Assembly: GCA_029778615.1 (NCBI GenBank)
Contig: JAKOPZ010000208.1
Span: forward strand, 1 to 64,000
Origin: Chloroflexota bacterium
GTDB taxonomy: Bacteria > Chloroflexota > Anaerolineae > UBA4142 > SHND01
DNA length: 64,000 bases
Direction: 5' to 3'
Below, piece by piece: positions 45,374-56,099 of the stretch. The position numbers and the translations under genes were made by a program. The notes under the pieces were generated by a model. The model was not told the origin of the DNA and made no database searches. It was given only the letters and a program-made list of their open reading frames with translations. How positions within the stretch are numbered: position 1 is the stretch's first letter; each line of letters starts with the position of its first letter.

Positions 45374-46167
45374 ATTTGGACTTGCAACTCCTTCGCGCGC
45401 TTTTGATTGATATGGACGGCGTGCTGTGGGTGGGCAATCAAGCGCTCCCCGGCGTCGCCGCATTGTTATCGTTTCTCGACGCGCATCAAATTCGCTACGT
45501 CCTCGTTTCAAATAATGCCACCCGCCGCGCCGATTACACCGTCGCGCGGATGAAGGAGATGGGGATTGCGGTTTCGCCCGCAGACATTCTAACGACCGCC
45601 GACGCGACGCCGCGTTGGTTGACGCAAAAAATGCCGGAGGTCAAACGCGTCTATGTAATTGGCGAAAGCGCGCTGTGCGACGCCTTGCGCGAGGCGAATA
45701 TCGAAATCGTAGAACGCGCGGCAGATGCCGTCGTCGTTGGTCTGGACCGCGAGCTGACGTATGAAAAATTGAAACGCGCCACGCTCGAAATTCGCAGCGG
45801 CGCAAAATTTATCGCGACGAACGCCGACCGCACGCTGCCAACGGAAGAAGGTTTAACACCGGGTTCAGGTTCGCTTATTGCGGCGTTAATCGCGGCAACG
45901 GATACTGAGCCGTTAGTGATTGGCAAACCCGCGCGTCCGATGTTCGACCTCGCGTTGGAAATGACGAGAACCTCTATTCAAGAGACCGCCATGCTGGGCG
46001 ACCGTTTGGATACAGACATTGACGGCGCAGCGGACATTGGTTTGAAAACCATCTTGGTACTCACAGGCGTTTCCACCCGCGCGGAAGCACAACAAAATCG
46101 CGTGAAACCGGATTTGATTGTGCAGGATTTGCCCACGCTCACACGACGTTGGGCAGAATCCTATTGA
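45370..46167 (+). CDS. HAD-IIA family hydrolase
   Basis: DxDG motif (IDMDGVLW), later SNN/T and GDRLDTDI motifs. GTGA overlap with yggT. Confidence 0.75.
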   Translation: MNLDLQLLRALLIDMDGVLWVGNQALPGVAALLSFLDAHQIRYVLVSNNATRRADYTVARMKEMGIAVSPADILTTADATPRWLTQKMPEVKRVYVIGESALCDALREANIEIVERAADAVVVGLDRELTYEKLKRATLEIRSGAKFIATNADRTLPTEEGLTPGSGSLIAALIAATDTEPLVIGKPARPMFDLALEMTRTSIQETAMLGDRLDTDIDGAADIGLKTILVLTGVSTRAEAQQNRVKPDLIVQDLPTLTRRWAESY

Positions 46168-46225
46168 CTATTCAGTTTGCGCGACTATACTTGGTTTCAC
46201 AGCGTCAAGCATCGAGGCACGACCC

Positions 46226-46933
46226 ATGTTTTTCTTTGACCCACTTTATTTCGTTATTGCGCTGCCGGGGTTGTTGTTGACACTCTGGGCGCAGTGGCGC
46301 GTCAACTCCACTTATAACAAATTTACCCAAGTCCGCAACGCGCGGGGCATGACCGGCGTGGAAGCGGCGGACATTTTGATTCGGCAAGCGGGCTTGCAGG
46401 GCGCGGTAGATGTGCAAGGCACCCCCGGTAAATTGTCCGACCATTATGACCCGGGCAAGCGCACGCTGTTTCTTTCACCCGAAGTTGCGCGCGGCGCGTC
46501 CGTCGCGGCGGTGGGTATTACCGCGCATGAATTGGGACATGCGATGCAGCACGCGCAAAATTTTGGACCGCTGAATTTTCGCATGGCGATTGTGCCGATT
46601 GTGAATCTCGGCTCCTCACTCGGCTATATCGTTTTCTTTCTCGGCTTTTGTCTCGCCACGCAAGCGCAAGGTTCATCCCTCTTGATGTGGCTTGGCATTT
46701 TGCTCCTGTCGGGGACCGCACTTTTTTCACTGGTCACCCTGCCCGTCGAGTTTGACGCGAGCAATCGCGCGATGAAAATGTTGGAACAGAGTGGACTGCT
46801 TGTGCCGCAAGAATTGCAAGGCGCGCGTTCGGTATTGAGCGCTGCCGCGTGGACCTATGTCGCCGCTGCCGCCAGCACATTATTAAACTTGCTGTATTAT
46901 GTGATGTTGGCAAATCGCGCGTCGCGCAGGTGA
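46226..46933 (+). CDS. membrane zinc metallopeptidase (HExxH, YpfJ/zinc-metallopeptidase-like)
   Basis: HELGHAMQH motif flanked by TM segments. Confidence 0.65.
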   Translation: MFFFDPLYFVIALPGLLLTLWAQWRVNSTYNKFTQVRNARGMTGVEAADILIRQAGLQGAVDVQGTPGKLSDHYDPGKRTLFLSPEVARGASVAAVGITAHELGHAMQHAQNFGPLNFRMAIVPIVNLGSSLGYIVFFLGFCLATQAQGSSLLMWLGILLLSGTALFSLVTLPVEFDASNRAMKMLEQSGLLVPQELQGARSVLSAAAWTYVAAAASTLLNLLYYVMLANRASRR

Positions 46934-48078
46934 ATGTGACGGAAAAGCAGATTGACCTTTTGAGTCTTGATACACATGAATTGACCGGCTTGATTCAGAG
47001 TTGGAACGAGCCGGTTTATCGTGTTAGTCAAATTCAAAAATGGCTGTATCACGAGCTGGTGGACAGTTTCGACGCAATGTCGAATTTGCCCCGCGCGCTG
47101 CGCGCGCGCCTGCGCCAAGAAACGACGCTCGAAAGTTTGAAACTCATTGCCGCGCAAGATTCCGCCGATGGACTCACGCGCAAAGCATTGTTTCAAATGG
47201 CGGATGGGCAAACAGTGGAGACGGTGTTGATGCGTTATCTCGACGCGCCGGGTTCTCCTGAAGATTCGACCGACCCGCCGAATATTGCGCGGCGCACTGT
47301 TTGTATTTCAACCCAAGTCGGTTGTCCGGTCGGTTGTCCTTTTTGCGAAACGGGACAGGCGGGCTATATTCGCAACCTCACGCTCGGACAAGTTGTCGCA
47401 CAGGTACTGTATTTTGCGCGCGAACAAAAACGCCAAGGGTATGCTACACCGCTGACGAACATTGTGATTATGGGAATGGGCGAACCGTTCATGAAATTTA
47501 ATGTGACGTGGCGCGCGATTGAAGCATTCACCGACCCGGCGCGTTTGGGAATGGGCGCGCGGCGCATTACCGTTTCCACATCCGGTTACGTGGACGGCAT
47601 TCGCGCGTTGATAGAAAAACATTCGCAAGTGAATCTCGCCATTTCTCTCCACGCGCCCGACGACGCACTGCGCGACGAACTCGTGCCGGTGAATCGAAAA
47701 TATCCCTTGCGCGAATTGATGCAAGCATGTCGCGATTATGTGCGCGCAACGCATCGGCGCGTGACCTTTGAATACGCGTTGATGGATGGCATCAACGACA
47801 GCCCCGCGCAAGCGCAAGCCGTGGCGCAGTTGCTTGCCGGTTTGTTGTGCCACGTAAATTTGATTCCGTTGAATCCGACCAGCGCGTCTCCATATCAACG
47901 TTCCCCTTACAAACGCGTTTTGGAATTTCAACGCGTGCTGAATCAAGCAAACATTCCAACCACGCTGCGCGTGGAAAAAGGCATCGAAATCGCGGCGGGC
48001 TGTGGTCAGTTACGGCAACAGGTCACGGGGCGCAAACTGCAAACCGACAAGAACGTCGAGTTACAACCTGTGACGTGA
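46930..48078 (+). CDS. rlmN: 23S rRNA (adenine2503-C2)-methyltransferase / tRNA methyltransferase RlmN (radical SAM)
   Basis: CxxxCxxC (CPVGCPFCETG), and GEPF and downstream Cys motifs. GTG start overlapping the upstream stop. Confidence 0.85.
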   Translation: MNVTEKQIDLLSLDTHELTGLIQSWNEPVYRVSQIQKWLYHELVDSFDAMSNLPRALRARLRQETTLESLKLIAAQDSADGLTRKALFQMADGQTVETVLMRYLDAPGSPEDSTDPPNIARRTVCISTQVGCPVGCPFCETGQAGYIRNLTLGQVVAQVLYFAREQKRQGYATPLTNIVIMGMGEPFMKFNVTWRAIEAFTDPARLGMGARRITVSTSGYVDGIRALIEKHSQVNLAISLHAPDDALRDELVPVNRKYPLRELMQACRDYVRATHRRVTFEYALMDGINDSPAQAQAVAQLLAGLLCHVNLIPLNPTSASPYQRSPYKRVLEFQRVLNQANIPTTLRVEKGIEIAAGCGQLRQQVTGRKLQTDKNVELQPVT

Positions 48079-48117
48079 GACCTGCATCTTGGCACTTGAC
48101 TCGTAACTTGCTGAATC

Positions 48118-48831
48118 ATGCGACCTCTCAAAATTGCCCCTTCGATTCTTGCTTCGGATTTTGCGCGGCTCGGCGCGCAAGTGGCGGAAGCGACGCAAGG
48201 CGGCGCGGACTATATTCACATTGACGTCATGGACGGACATTTTGTCCCGAACTTGACGTTAGGTCCCGTAATCGTCCGCGCGATTCGTCCGTACTCGCGC
48301 TTGCCCTTTGATGTACACTTGATGATTGAAAATCCCGAACGCTATGTCAAGAGTTTTGTCGAGGCAGGTGCGAACCGGGTCACAGTCCACGTCGAAGCGT
48401 GTACCCATTTGCATCGTGTGATTGACCACATTCACAGTTTCAACGTCGACGCGGGTGTGGCAATCAATCCCGCGACGCCGTTGGTGATGCTGGAAGAAAT
48501 TTTAGCGTTCGTGCAGCAAGTGAACGTGATGACCGTGAACCCCGGTTTTGGCGGGCAAGTGTTTGTAATCGAAATGTTGGAAAAAATTGCGCGCTTGCGC
48601 GCTATGATTGAGACGCGCCAATTGGATGTGGATATTGAGGTGGATGGAGGCGTAGATTTGGAGACCGCGCCGCGTTGTGTGGAGGCGGGCGCGAATGTGC
48701 TGATTGCGGGAACGTCCATTTTCGCGGGCGACGGGACGATTGGGGAAAAAATTGACGCACTGCGTCATGCCGCCCCAAAAACACAACGCGCGCCAATGGC
48801 GCGCGTTCGCTCCAAAACAAAAACTGCGTAA
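48118..48831 (+). CDS. rpe: ribulose-phosphate 3-epimerase
   Basis: IAPSILASDF, HIDVMDGHFVPN and VNPGFGGQ motifs. Confidence 0.9.
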   Translation: MRPLKIAPSILASDFARLGAQVAEATQGGADYIHIDVMDGHFVPNLTLGPVIVRAIRPYSRLPFDVHLMIENPERYVKSFVEAGANRVTVHVEACTHLHRVIDHIHSFNVDAGVAINPATPLVMLEEILAFVQQVNVMTVNPGFGGQVFVIEMLEKIARLRAMIETRQLDVDIEVDGGVDLETAPRCVEAGANVLIAGTSIFAGDGTIGEKIDALRHAAPKTQRAPMARVRSKTKTA

Positions 48832-48850
48832 CGGGTTACGCAGTTTTTGT
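48816..48850. terminator. bidirectional terminator shared by rpe and rpmB
   Basis: Stem CTGCGTAAC / GTTACGCAG with flanking A and T runs. Confidence 0.6.
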
Positions 48851-49057
48851 CAGCGATTTGGCAAATTTGCCTTTGTTGGTTTTGTTGAGCGTGCGGACAC
48901 AGCTCGCACACACTCGCAAATGTTGTTCTTTGCCATTTACCAGAATGTGGCGATATGCCAAATTTGGCAAAAAGCGCCGTGGGGTGGCTTTTTTGGAAAA
49001 TGAAACCGCCCGTCCAAATTGCGGACCTTTACCGCATAGTTCACAACGTTGCGCCAT
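48836..49057 (-). CDS. rpmB: 50S ribosomal protein L28
   Basis: 73 aa, CxxC...CxxC zinc-ribbon form (CELCGK, CASCVR), RRFLPNL motif. Confidence 0.85.
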   Translation of the reverse strand: MAQRCELCGKGPQFGRAVSFSKKATPRRFLPNLAYRHILVNGKEQHLRVCASCVRTLNKTNKGKFAKSLTKTA

Positions 49058-49215
49058 CGGACATTACTCCATTCTTGCGTAGCACGGCGCGCGATGCGCT
49101 GCTACAAATTCAGTGCCAAAAAGTTCGCAGGCAATAAAAAAGCGCCAGACTTTCGGCGGGCACCATCTTAGCATGAACCTTGGGTTGGCGCAAATTTTGC
49201 GCCGCTCTTTTGCAC

Positions 49216-49569
49216 ATGACGGAACCGTATCTCGGACGCATTGAAATTTCGACCCATGCGCTGCAAAGCATGGCAGGACTCGTCGCGCTGGAAAGTTACG
49301 GCGTCGTCGGCATGGCGCCCAAAGACTCGCGCGAGTACATGGCGGCGCTTTTGCCGCGCGCCAAGTTTCGGCGCGGCGTGGATGTGAAATACGACGCGGG
49401 GCAGCTTGTGATTGATTTGTTTGTGATTGTCGAATACGGCACGCGTATTAGCGAGGTCGCGCAAGGCATCAAAAATCGCGTAAAATATACCGTCGAGCGC
49501 GACACCCGGATTCCCGTCGCGCAAGTGAACGTCCACGTGCGGGGCTTGCGTGTGAGCAACGACGCGTAA
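49216..49569 (+). CDS. Asp23/Gls24 family envelope stress protein (YloU-like)
   Basis: Asp23 pattern, and its position before yloV as in the Firmicutes yloU-yloV pair. Confidence 0.75.
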   Translation: MTEPYLGRIEISTHALQSMAGLVALESYGVVGMAPKDSREYMAALLPRAKFRRGVDVKYDAGQLVIDLFVIVEYGTRISEVAQGIKNRVKYTVERDTRIPVAQVNVHVRGLRVSNDA

Positions 49570-49596
49570 GGCATCGTCGAGGACAAACCAGCAGAC

Positions 49597-51315
49597 TTGT
49601 GGCGCGGCAAGTTCAAAAGTGACATTGTATTGGATGCTCAATCAGAACGACCGCCTCTGCGTGAGGTGGATGGCACGGAATTAAAAAAAATGTTTGGCGC
49701 GGGCGCGGCATGGCTCGAACAAAACGCGCCATTTGTGAATTCGTTGAATGTCTTTCCGGTGCCGGATGGTGACACGGGGACCAACATGCTTCTCACCATG
49801 CAGGCGGCGATGCAAGAAGCCAACGCGCTCGGCTCGCCCACCGCGGGAGAAGTCGGCGCCGCGTTATCGCGCGGCGCGCTGCTCGGGGCGCGCGGCAATT
49901 CGGGCGTGATTCTGTCGCAGGTCCTGCGCGGTTTTACACGCGGCATTGACAAGCGCGAAAAAATTGATGCGCGCACGTTCGCGGATGCGATTGTCGAAGG
50001 CGGACACACAGCATACAAAGGTGTGGTAAAACCTGTGGAAGGCACAATGCTCACCGTCATCCGCGAAGCGGGCGACCGCGCGGTGGTCGCTGCCGCGCAG
50101 TCGGACGATATTCGCCATGTGCTTGCCGAAACATATCGCGCGGCGCAAACGGCAGTCAAGCGCACGCCAGAGCTTTTGCCCGTGCTCAAAGAGGCAGGCG
50201 TCGTGGATGCGGGGGGTCAGGGACTCGCTCTGATTTTTGAAGGCGCGCTAAAATATCTGGACGGGGAAAAATTGGAAAGCAGTGCAGCCATGCCGATCGC
50301 GCAGAATCTCGAAAACCTCGCGGTGACAGAGGGCTTTGGCTATGATATCCAATTTCACATTCGGGGCACCGCTTTGGACGTGGACAAAATCCGCGCACAG
50401 ATTGCGGCGATGGGCGAGTCCGCATTGATTGTGGGCGACGAGTCACTCGTCAAAGTCCATGTCCACGCCTTGAATCCGGGCGATATTATCAAGTATGGCG
50501 CCGAACAAGGTCCACTCGTAAACATTATCATCGAAAACATGCAAGCACAGTATGTTGATTTTATGGCGGGCAACACGGCGGATATGCGCGTCGGCGCGGA
50601 AAATCTCGGCGCGATTTTGCCGCGCGCTGTGTACATCACGAAACCAACGGATGAAGTCACCGGCGTCGCGACCATCGCCGTCGCACCGGGCAAAGGGTTG
50701 CGGCAAATTTTTGAATCGCTCGGCGTCAGCGCGGTCGTGAACGGCGGTCCCACAATGAATCCGAGCGCGCGCGATTTGTTGGAGGCGCTGCGCAGTGTCC
50801 GCGCCCAAGAAATTATTTTGCTGCCGAACGACAAAAATATAATTCCCGCCGCGCAGCAGGTGCAACAGCTCACCGACAAAACGGTGCGCGTCGTTCCTTC
50901 GCGCACGGTGCCGCAAGGACTCGCCGCGCTGCTCGCGTTCAATTTTCAGGGCGACCTGGAAACGAACGTGCACAATATGAACGCCGCACTCCCGCGCATC
51001 CGCACAGTCGAAATTACGCGCGCGGTGCGCGCGGCGCACATTAACGGCATTGCCGTCGCAGAGGGCAAGCCCATCGCGCTCGTGGATGGCGACCTCGCGC
51101 GCGCGGGCAACGACTTGGGCGAACTCGTGGTCGAGATTCTCGCGCAGGTCGGCGCGGCGACAAGCGAAATTATCACCCTCTATTACGGCGCCGAAGTCAC
51201 GCCTGCCGCCGCGCAAGAAATGTATTCGCGTGTTCAGCACAAGTTTCCGGAACAAGAGATTGAAGTCCACGAAGGCGGGCAACCGCTCTATCCGTACATC
51301 ATTTCGATAGAATGA
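49597..51315 (+). CDS. yloV: DAK2-domain fusion protein YloV
   Basis: N-terminal Dak2 motif NVFPVPDGDTGTNM and C-terminal DegV-like half. Start uncertain (TTG candidates at 49597 or 49630). Confidence 0.8.
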   Translation: MWRGKFKSDIVLDAQSERPPLREVDGTELKKMFGAGAAWLEQNAPFVNSLNVFPVPDGDTGTNMLLTMQAAMQEANALGSPTAGEVGAALSRGALLGARGNSGVILSQVLRGFTRGIDKREKIDARTFADAIVEGGHTAYKGVVKPVEGTMLTVIREAGDRAVVAAAQSDDIRHVLAETYRAAQTAVKRTPELLPVLKEAGVVDAGGQGLALIFEGALKYLDGEKLESSAAMPIAQNLENLAVTEGFGYDIQFHIRGTALDVDKIRAQIAAMGESALIVGDESLVKVHVHALNPGDIIKYGAEQGPLVNIIIENMQAQYVDFMAGNTADMRVGAENLGAILPRAVYITKPTDEVTGVATIAVAPGKGLRQIFESLGVSAVVNGGPTMNPSARDLLEALRSVRAQEIILLPNDKNIIPAAQQVQQLTDKTVRVVPSRTVPQGLAALLAFNFQGDLETNVHNMNAALPRIRTVEITRAVRAAHINGIAVAEGKPIALVDGDLARAGNDLGELVVEILAQVGAATSEIITLYYGAEVTPAAAQEMYSRVQHKFPEQEIEVHEGGQPLYPYIISIE

Positions 51316-51391
51316 CGAATGACCCAAGACGAATGACGCAAATCACGCGTTCCGTCTTGCGTCGTTCGTCCTTTGTCGTCCGTCGCAACAC

Positions 51392-52234
51392 ATGCCCCAA
51401 GTCAAAATCATTACCGACAGCACTGCCGAAATTTCGCCGGAATTGGCGGAAGCGCTCGGCATCACCGTCCTGCCGCTGACCATTCGACTCGGCAACAAAT
51501 CGTACCGCGAAGGCATAGATTTGAATGCCAAAGAATTTTTTGCTAAACTCGCACGCACGAACGCGACCCCGGTCCTCATTCCTCCGTCCGTCGCGCAGTT
51601 TGAACAAATTCTTGACGATTCGCTCAAACAGACCGACGAAGTGGTCATGATTTTCAATTCGTCAAAATTGTCCAAAACCTTTGGCAACGCGCACCGCGCC
51701 GCCATGCCGCTGATGGGACGCGCCAAAATTCGCGTCATTGATTCGCAGCTCATTTCGACAGGGCTCGGCATGATTGTGACCAGCGCGGCGCGCGCCGCCC
51801 AACAAGGCGCGGATGTGGACCAGGTGGTGCGCCTCACGCGCGGTTTGATTCCGCGCACGTATATTGCCGCGTTCGCCGACACGCTCGATTATCTTGAACG
51901 CAGCGGGCGCATTCGCAAAGCACAAGCCATTCTCGGCACCTTTCTCAATATCAAGCCCCTTTTGATTTTGGAAGAAGGCGAGATTGTGGTGCTCGAAAAA
52001 GTTCGCACGCGCACCAAAGCGGTAGAAAAGCTGGTCGAGTTTATTATCGAATTCACGCACATTGAAAAAATGGATGTACTCCACTCGACCACACCCGAAG
52101 ACGTGGCGATGTTAATTGAACAAGTCAACCTTCAACTTCCTAACCTCGACATGAAGGTGGAACTCTATGGTCCTTCGCTCGGCGCGTTTCTCGGACCCGG
52201 CGCGCTGGGCGTAGTCGTGTATGAAGGAATGTAA
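51392..52234 (+). CDS. DegV family fatty-acid-binding protein
   Basis: KIITDSTAEI N-terminus and DegV fold pattern. Confidence 0.85.
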   Translation: MPQVKIITDSTAEISPELAEALGITVLPLTIRLGNKSYREGIDLNAKEFFAKLARTNATPVLIPPSVAQFEQILDDSLKQTDEVVMIFNSSKLSKTFGNAHRAAMPLMGRAKIRVIDSQLISTGLGMIVTSAARAAQQGADVDQVVRLTRGLIPRTYIAAFADTLDYLERSGRIRKAQAILGTFLNIKPLLILEEGEIVVLEKVRTRTKAVEKLVEFIIEFTHIEKMDVLHSTTPEDVAMLIEQVNLQLPNLDMKVELYGPSLGAFLGPGALGVVVYEGM

Positions 52235-52310
52235 AGGAACTGCACAATGGTCAGTGCGCAACGCGCCGCGTTGCATTGTGCATTGTGCATTCTGCGTCGA
52301 GCATTGATTC

Positions 52311-53168
52311 ATGTCCCAAGTCCGCATCGTTACCGATTCGCTGTCAGATATTCCCGATGACATCGCGCAAGAGCTGGATATTGTGCGCGTGCCGTGTTAC
52401 ATTCATTTCGGCGACGAAAGTTTTCGCGACCGCGTAGATTTGTCGCCCACTGAATTCTATCGCAAGCTCCAAACGAGTCCTATCGTACCTTCCACCTCCC
52501 AAGCATCACCGGGCACATTTCTCGATATCTTTGGCGAATTGTCCAACACGACAAATCAAGTCTATTCGATTCACAGCGTCAAGACGCTGACGGGGATGTA
52601 CAATTCCGCGCGGCTTGCCACCGAAGCGCTTACGACTGCCGACCCGCTCGGAATGCAAATCCAAGTGGTGGACTCGCAAGCAACCTCAATGGGTCTGGGC
52701 TGGCTGGCAATTTATGCCGCGCGCGCGGCGCGTTACGGTTACGCGTTGGATGAAATCACGGAACTGATTGCCGATGTGATTCCGCGCACGCATTGTATTG
52801 CGATGCTGGATACGCTGGATTATGCGGTACGCGGCGGACGGCTCGGCAAAGGCGCGGCGCTTGTCGGCGGCTTGTTGAATGTGAAACCGATTATTTCACT
52901 CGTCAGCGGCGAAGTGTTGCTCGTGGAAAAAATCCGCACCCAAAAACGCGCCGTCGAACGCATCGCAGATATTGTGCTCGGTTCCGGTCCGATTCAGGAA
53001 TTGGCAATCATTCACGCCGCCGCGCCCGAGATGGCGGAAGCGTTGCGAAAACATTTCGCGGAAACGTGGTTCGAAGAACAAATCATGGTGTGCGAAACCG
53101 GTCCTGTCATTGGCGCGCACACCGGACCCGGCGCGGTGGGTGTTGCATGGGTGAATGGAAAATATTAG
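52311..53168 (+). CDS. DegV family fatty-acid-binding protein (paralog)
   Basis: RIVTDSLSDI N-terminus; paralog of the previous gene. Confidence 0.85.
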   Translation: MSQVRIVTDSLSDIPDDIAQELDIVRVPCYIHFGDESFRDRVDLSPTEFYRKLQTSPIVPSTSQASPGTFLDIFGELSNTTNQVYSIHSVKTLTGMYNSARLATEALTTADPLGMQIQVVDSQATSMGLGWLAIYAARAARYGYALDEITELIADVIPRTHCIAMLDTLDYAVRGGRLGKGAALVGGLLNVKPIISLVSGEVLLVEKIRTQKRAVERIADIVLGSGPIQELAIIHAAAPEMAEALRKHFAETWFEEQIMVCETGPVIGAHTGPGAVGVAWVNGKY

Positions 53169-53228
53169 CGTAGTAACGAATTTATTCGTTATGGCTACCG
53201 GCGAATAAATGCGCTACTGCGAAAATGA

Positions 53229-55733
53229 ATGTCGAACTTTAGCGAACTCGCAAAAATTCTCGCGCACGAACAAGCCAAGGGCTGCAACAATTCGAGTGTG
53301 ATTGGCGGAGTTGAAAAATTTGTTGAAAACTGGGCACAACGCACACGGAATACAGAGAACAGTACAAGCGTCCAACAAATCGTTGACATCCTCAGGGGCT
53401 ATGCGGAAGCGCAACCCGAACAGCGCAAAGCATTGATTCAACGCGCCGTTTCTGCCGCGCGCCAAGCTGACCCCGCGCCCGCACGCACCGCGCCGCCGCC
53501 CAAACGCGAGGCAGTACGGCACAAACCACCGACGAAACCACACCGCGCGCCCGCGCCGTTGCCAATCGAGCTGCGCCGAGACGATTCGCCCTTGCCGGTC
53601 GCCGAACCCATTCCCGAAGGAGACGCCGACGAGGACGAACCACTGCCGTCCAAACCGATGCGCGTTGATTTTGGACTCGACGCGGAAGTAGAAAAAGTGG
53701 ACGGCGTCGGCAAGGTCAAGGCGGGACAGCTGTCGCGTTTGGGCATCGCTACAATTCGCGATTTGCTGTACCATTTTCCCCGCCTGTATCGCCCCGTAAA
53801 AAAAATCAGTGAATTGATGTACGGCGATAATGCGACGATTGTGGCGCAGGTGTCACACATCAACGATTACAAAACGCGCAACGGCTTTCATATCACCGAT
53901 ATTGTTTTGATGGACCCGACGGGCGGCATTACGGCGAAATTTTTCAAACAGCCGTGGGTGGCAAAACAATTTCGCGCGCGGCAATGGGTTGTGGTGAGCG
54001 GCAAGGTGGACCGCGATTTGAACAAGCTCAGTTTCAAGTCGCCGGAATTTGAACCGCTCACCAAAGAGCTACAGCGCCTACTCGATTCCGCGCAGGTGTA
54101 TCCTGTCTATCCGTTGACCGAAGGCGTCAAAGCAAATTTTCTCCGCAAGATTGAACGCGAGGTTGTGCGTTTTTGGGCGGACAAGGTGACAGACCCCCTC
54201 CCCGCTTCCCTGCGTCAGTCGGCACAGCTGATGCCGCTCGCGCACGCACTGCGTCAGGTGCATTTTCCAACTTCTATGACGCAGATGGAACAAGCGCGTC
54301 ATCGTTTTGCGTTTGAAGAGTTACTGTATATCCAGCTTGGTGTGTTTCGTCAGCGGCGCAAATGGCGGCAAGAGCCCGGACGCGCGTTGAATATCGCGAA
54401 TGATTTTCTCGCGCGTTATGAGGCGGGCTTGCCGTTTCCGCTGACCGGCGCACAACGCCGCGCCATTGGCGAAATTTTTGGCGATATTCAACAGACCGCG
54501 CCCATGTCGCGTTTGCTGCAAGGCGATGTCGGCGCGGGAAAAACGGTGGTTGCGCTCGCGGCGCTGCTCATCGCGGTGATGAACGGGACGCAGGCGGTGT
54601 TGATGGCGCCGACCGAAATTTTGGCGGAACAGCATTTCAAAACGATTACCAACATTTTGCCCGCGCTGACAGATAAATTGGAAATTCAACCGCGCGTTGC
54701 CTTGTTGGTTGGCAGTCTCAAGCTAAAGGAAAAAAGCGCGGCACAGCAGGACATTTCGCATGGCAATGTGGATATTGCCATTGGCACGCACGCGTTGATT
54801 CAAGAAGCGGTGACCTTTCCAAATTTGTCGCTCGCGGTGGTGGATGAACAGCATCGCTTTGGCGTCGGACAGCGTTCCGCGATTCGGCAAAAGGGGTACA
54901 ATCCACACATTCTCGTCATGTCCGCGACACCGATTCCGCGCACGCTCGCGCTCACGGTGTACGGCGACCTCGACCTTTCCATTTTGGACGAGATGCCGCC
55001 GGGGCGCACGCCGATTATGACGAAATGGCTCGAACCAAAAGAACGCGAACGCGCGTACATGTTTATTCGCAAGCAAATCGCCGAAGGGCGGCAAGCGTTC
55101 GTCATCTGTCCGCTCATTCAAGAATCGGAAGTGATTGATGCCAAGGCGGCGGTGGAAGAATACGAACGTTTGAGTACAGAAGTTTATCCCGACCTGCGCG
55201 TGGGTTTGATACACGGCAAATTGCGTCCCGCCGAAAAGGACGCGGTGATGAATGAATTTCGTGACCACGCACTCGACATTCTCGTCGCCACTTCGGTAGT
55301 CGAAGTCGGGATTGATGTACCGAACGCGACAGTGATGTTGATTGAAGGTGCGGACCGTTTTGGACTTGCACAGCTGCATCAATTTCGCGGACGTGTGGGA
55401 CGCGGCGCGCATCAATCGTACTGTATGCTGCTCGCGGAAAAATCCGGCTCGACGAGTGACGAGCGCTTGAAAGTGATTGAGCAAACGCAAGATGGTTTCA
55501 AGCTCGCGGAAGCGGACTTGCAGCTGCGCGGACCCGGCGAATTTTTTGGCACCAAACAATCGGGCTTGCCCGATTTAAAGGTCGCGCAATTGACGGATGT
55601 AAAATTGTTGGAACACGCGCGCCAAGTGGCACAACAAATTTTTGAACGCGACCCCGAATTCACCCAACCCGAAAATCAATTGTTGAAAAGGGGCATGAAT
55701 ACCTTTTGGAAAGGTGAAGGGGATTTGAGCTAA
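53229..55733 (+). CDS. recG: ATP-dependent DNA helicase RecG (with Pro-rich N-terminal extension)
   Basis: Wedge domain, helicase motifs I GDVGAGKT and II DEQHRFG, and the TRG motif region. Confidence 0.9.
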   Translation: MSNFSELAKILAHEQAKGCNNSSVIGGVEKFVENWAQRTRNTENSTSVQQIVDILRGYAEAQPEQRKALIQRAVSAARQADPAPARTAPPPKREAVRHKPPTKPHRAPAPLPIELRRDDSPLPVAEPIPEGDADEDEPLPSKPMRVDFGLDAEVEKVDGVGKVKAGQLSRLGIATIRDLLYHFPRLYRPVKKISELMYGDNATIVAQVSHINDYKTRNGFHITDIVLMDPTGGITAKFFKQPWVAKQFRARQWVVVSGKVDRDLNKLSFKSPEFEPLTKELQRLLDSAQVYPVYPLTEGVKANFLRKIEREVVRFWADKVTDPLPASLRQSAQLMPLAHALRQVHFPTSMTQMEQARHRFAFEELLYIQLGVFRQRRKWRQEPGRALNIANDFLARYEAGLPFPLTGAQRRAIGEIFGDIQQTAPMSRLLQGDVGAGKTVVALAALLIAVMNGTQAVLMAPTEILAEQHFKTITNILPALTDKLEIQPRVALLVGSLKLKEKSAAQQDISHGNVDIAIGTHALIQEAVTFPNLSLAVVDEQHRFGVGQRSAIRQKGYNPHILVMSATPIPRTLALTVYGDLDLSILDEMPPGRTPIMTKWLEPKERERAYMFIRKQIAEGRQAFVICPLIQESEVIDAKAAVEEYERLSTEVYPDLRVGLIHGKLRPAEKDAVMNEFRDHALDILVATSVVEVGIDVPNATVMLIEGADRFGLAQLHQFRGRVGRGAHQSYCMLLAEKSGSTSDERLKVIEQTQDGFKLAEADLQLRGPGEFFGTKQSGLPDLKVAQLTDVKLLEHARQVAQQIFERDPEFTQPENQLLKRGMNTFWKGEGDLS

Positions 55734-55793
55734 GAAACGCAAACCAAATGAGTGTATCGGATTCGCGCTGTACGAATCATCCATTGAATTTGA

Positions 55794-56060
<267 letters not shown>

Positions 56061-56099
56061 CCAACACCAAAACCTCTATCCACACATCAACCATCTGCT

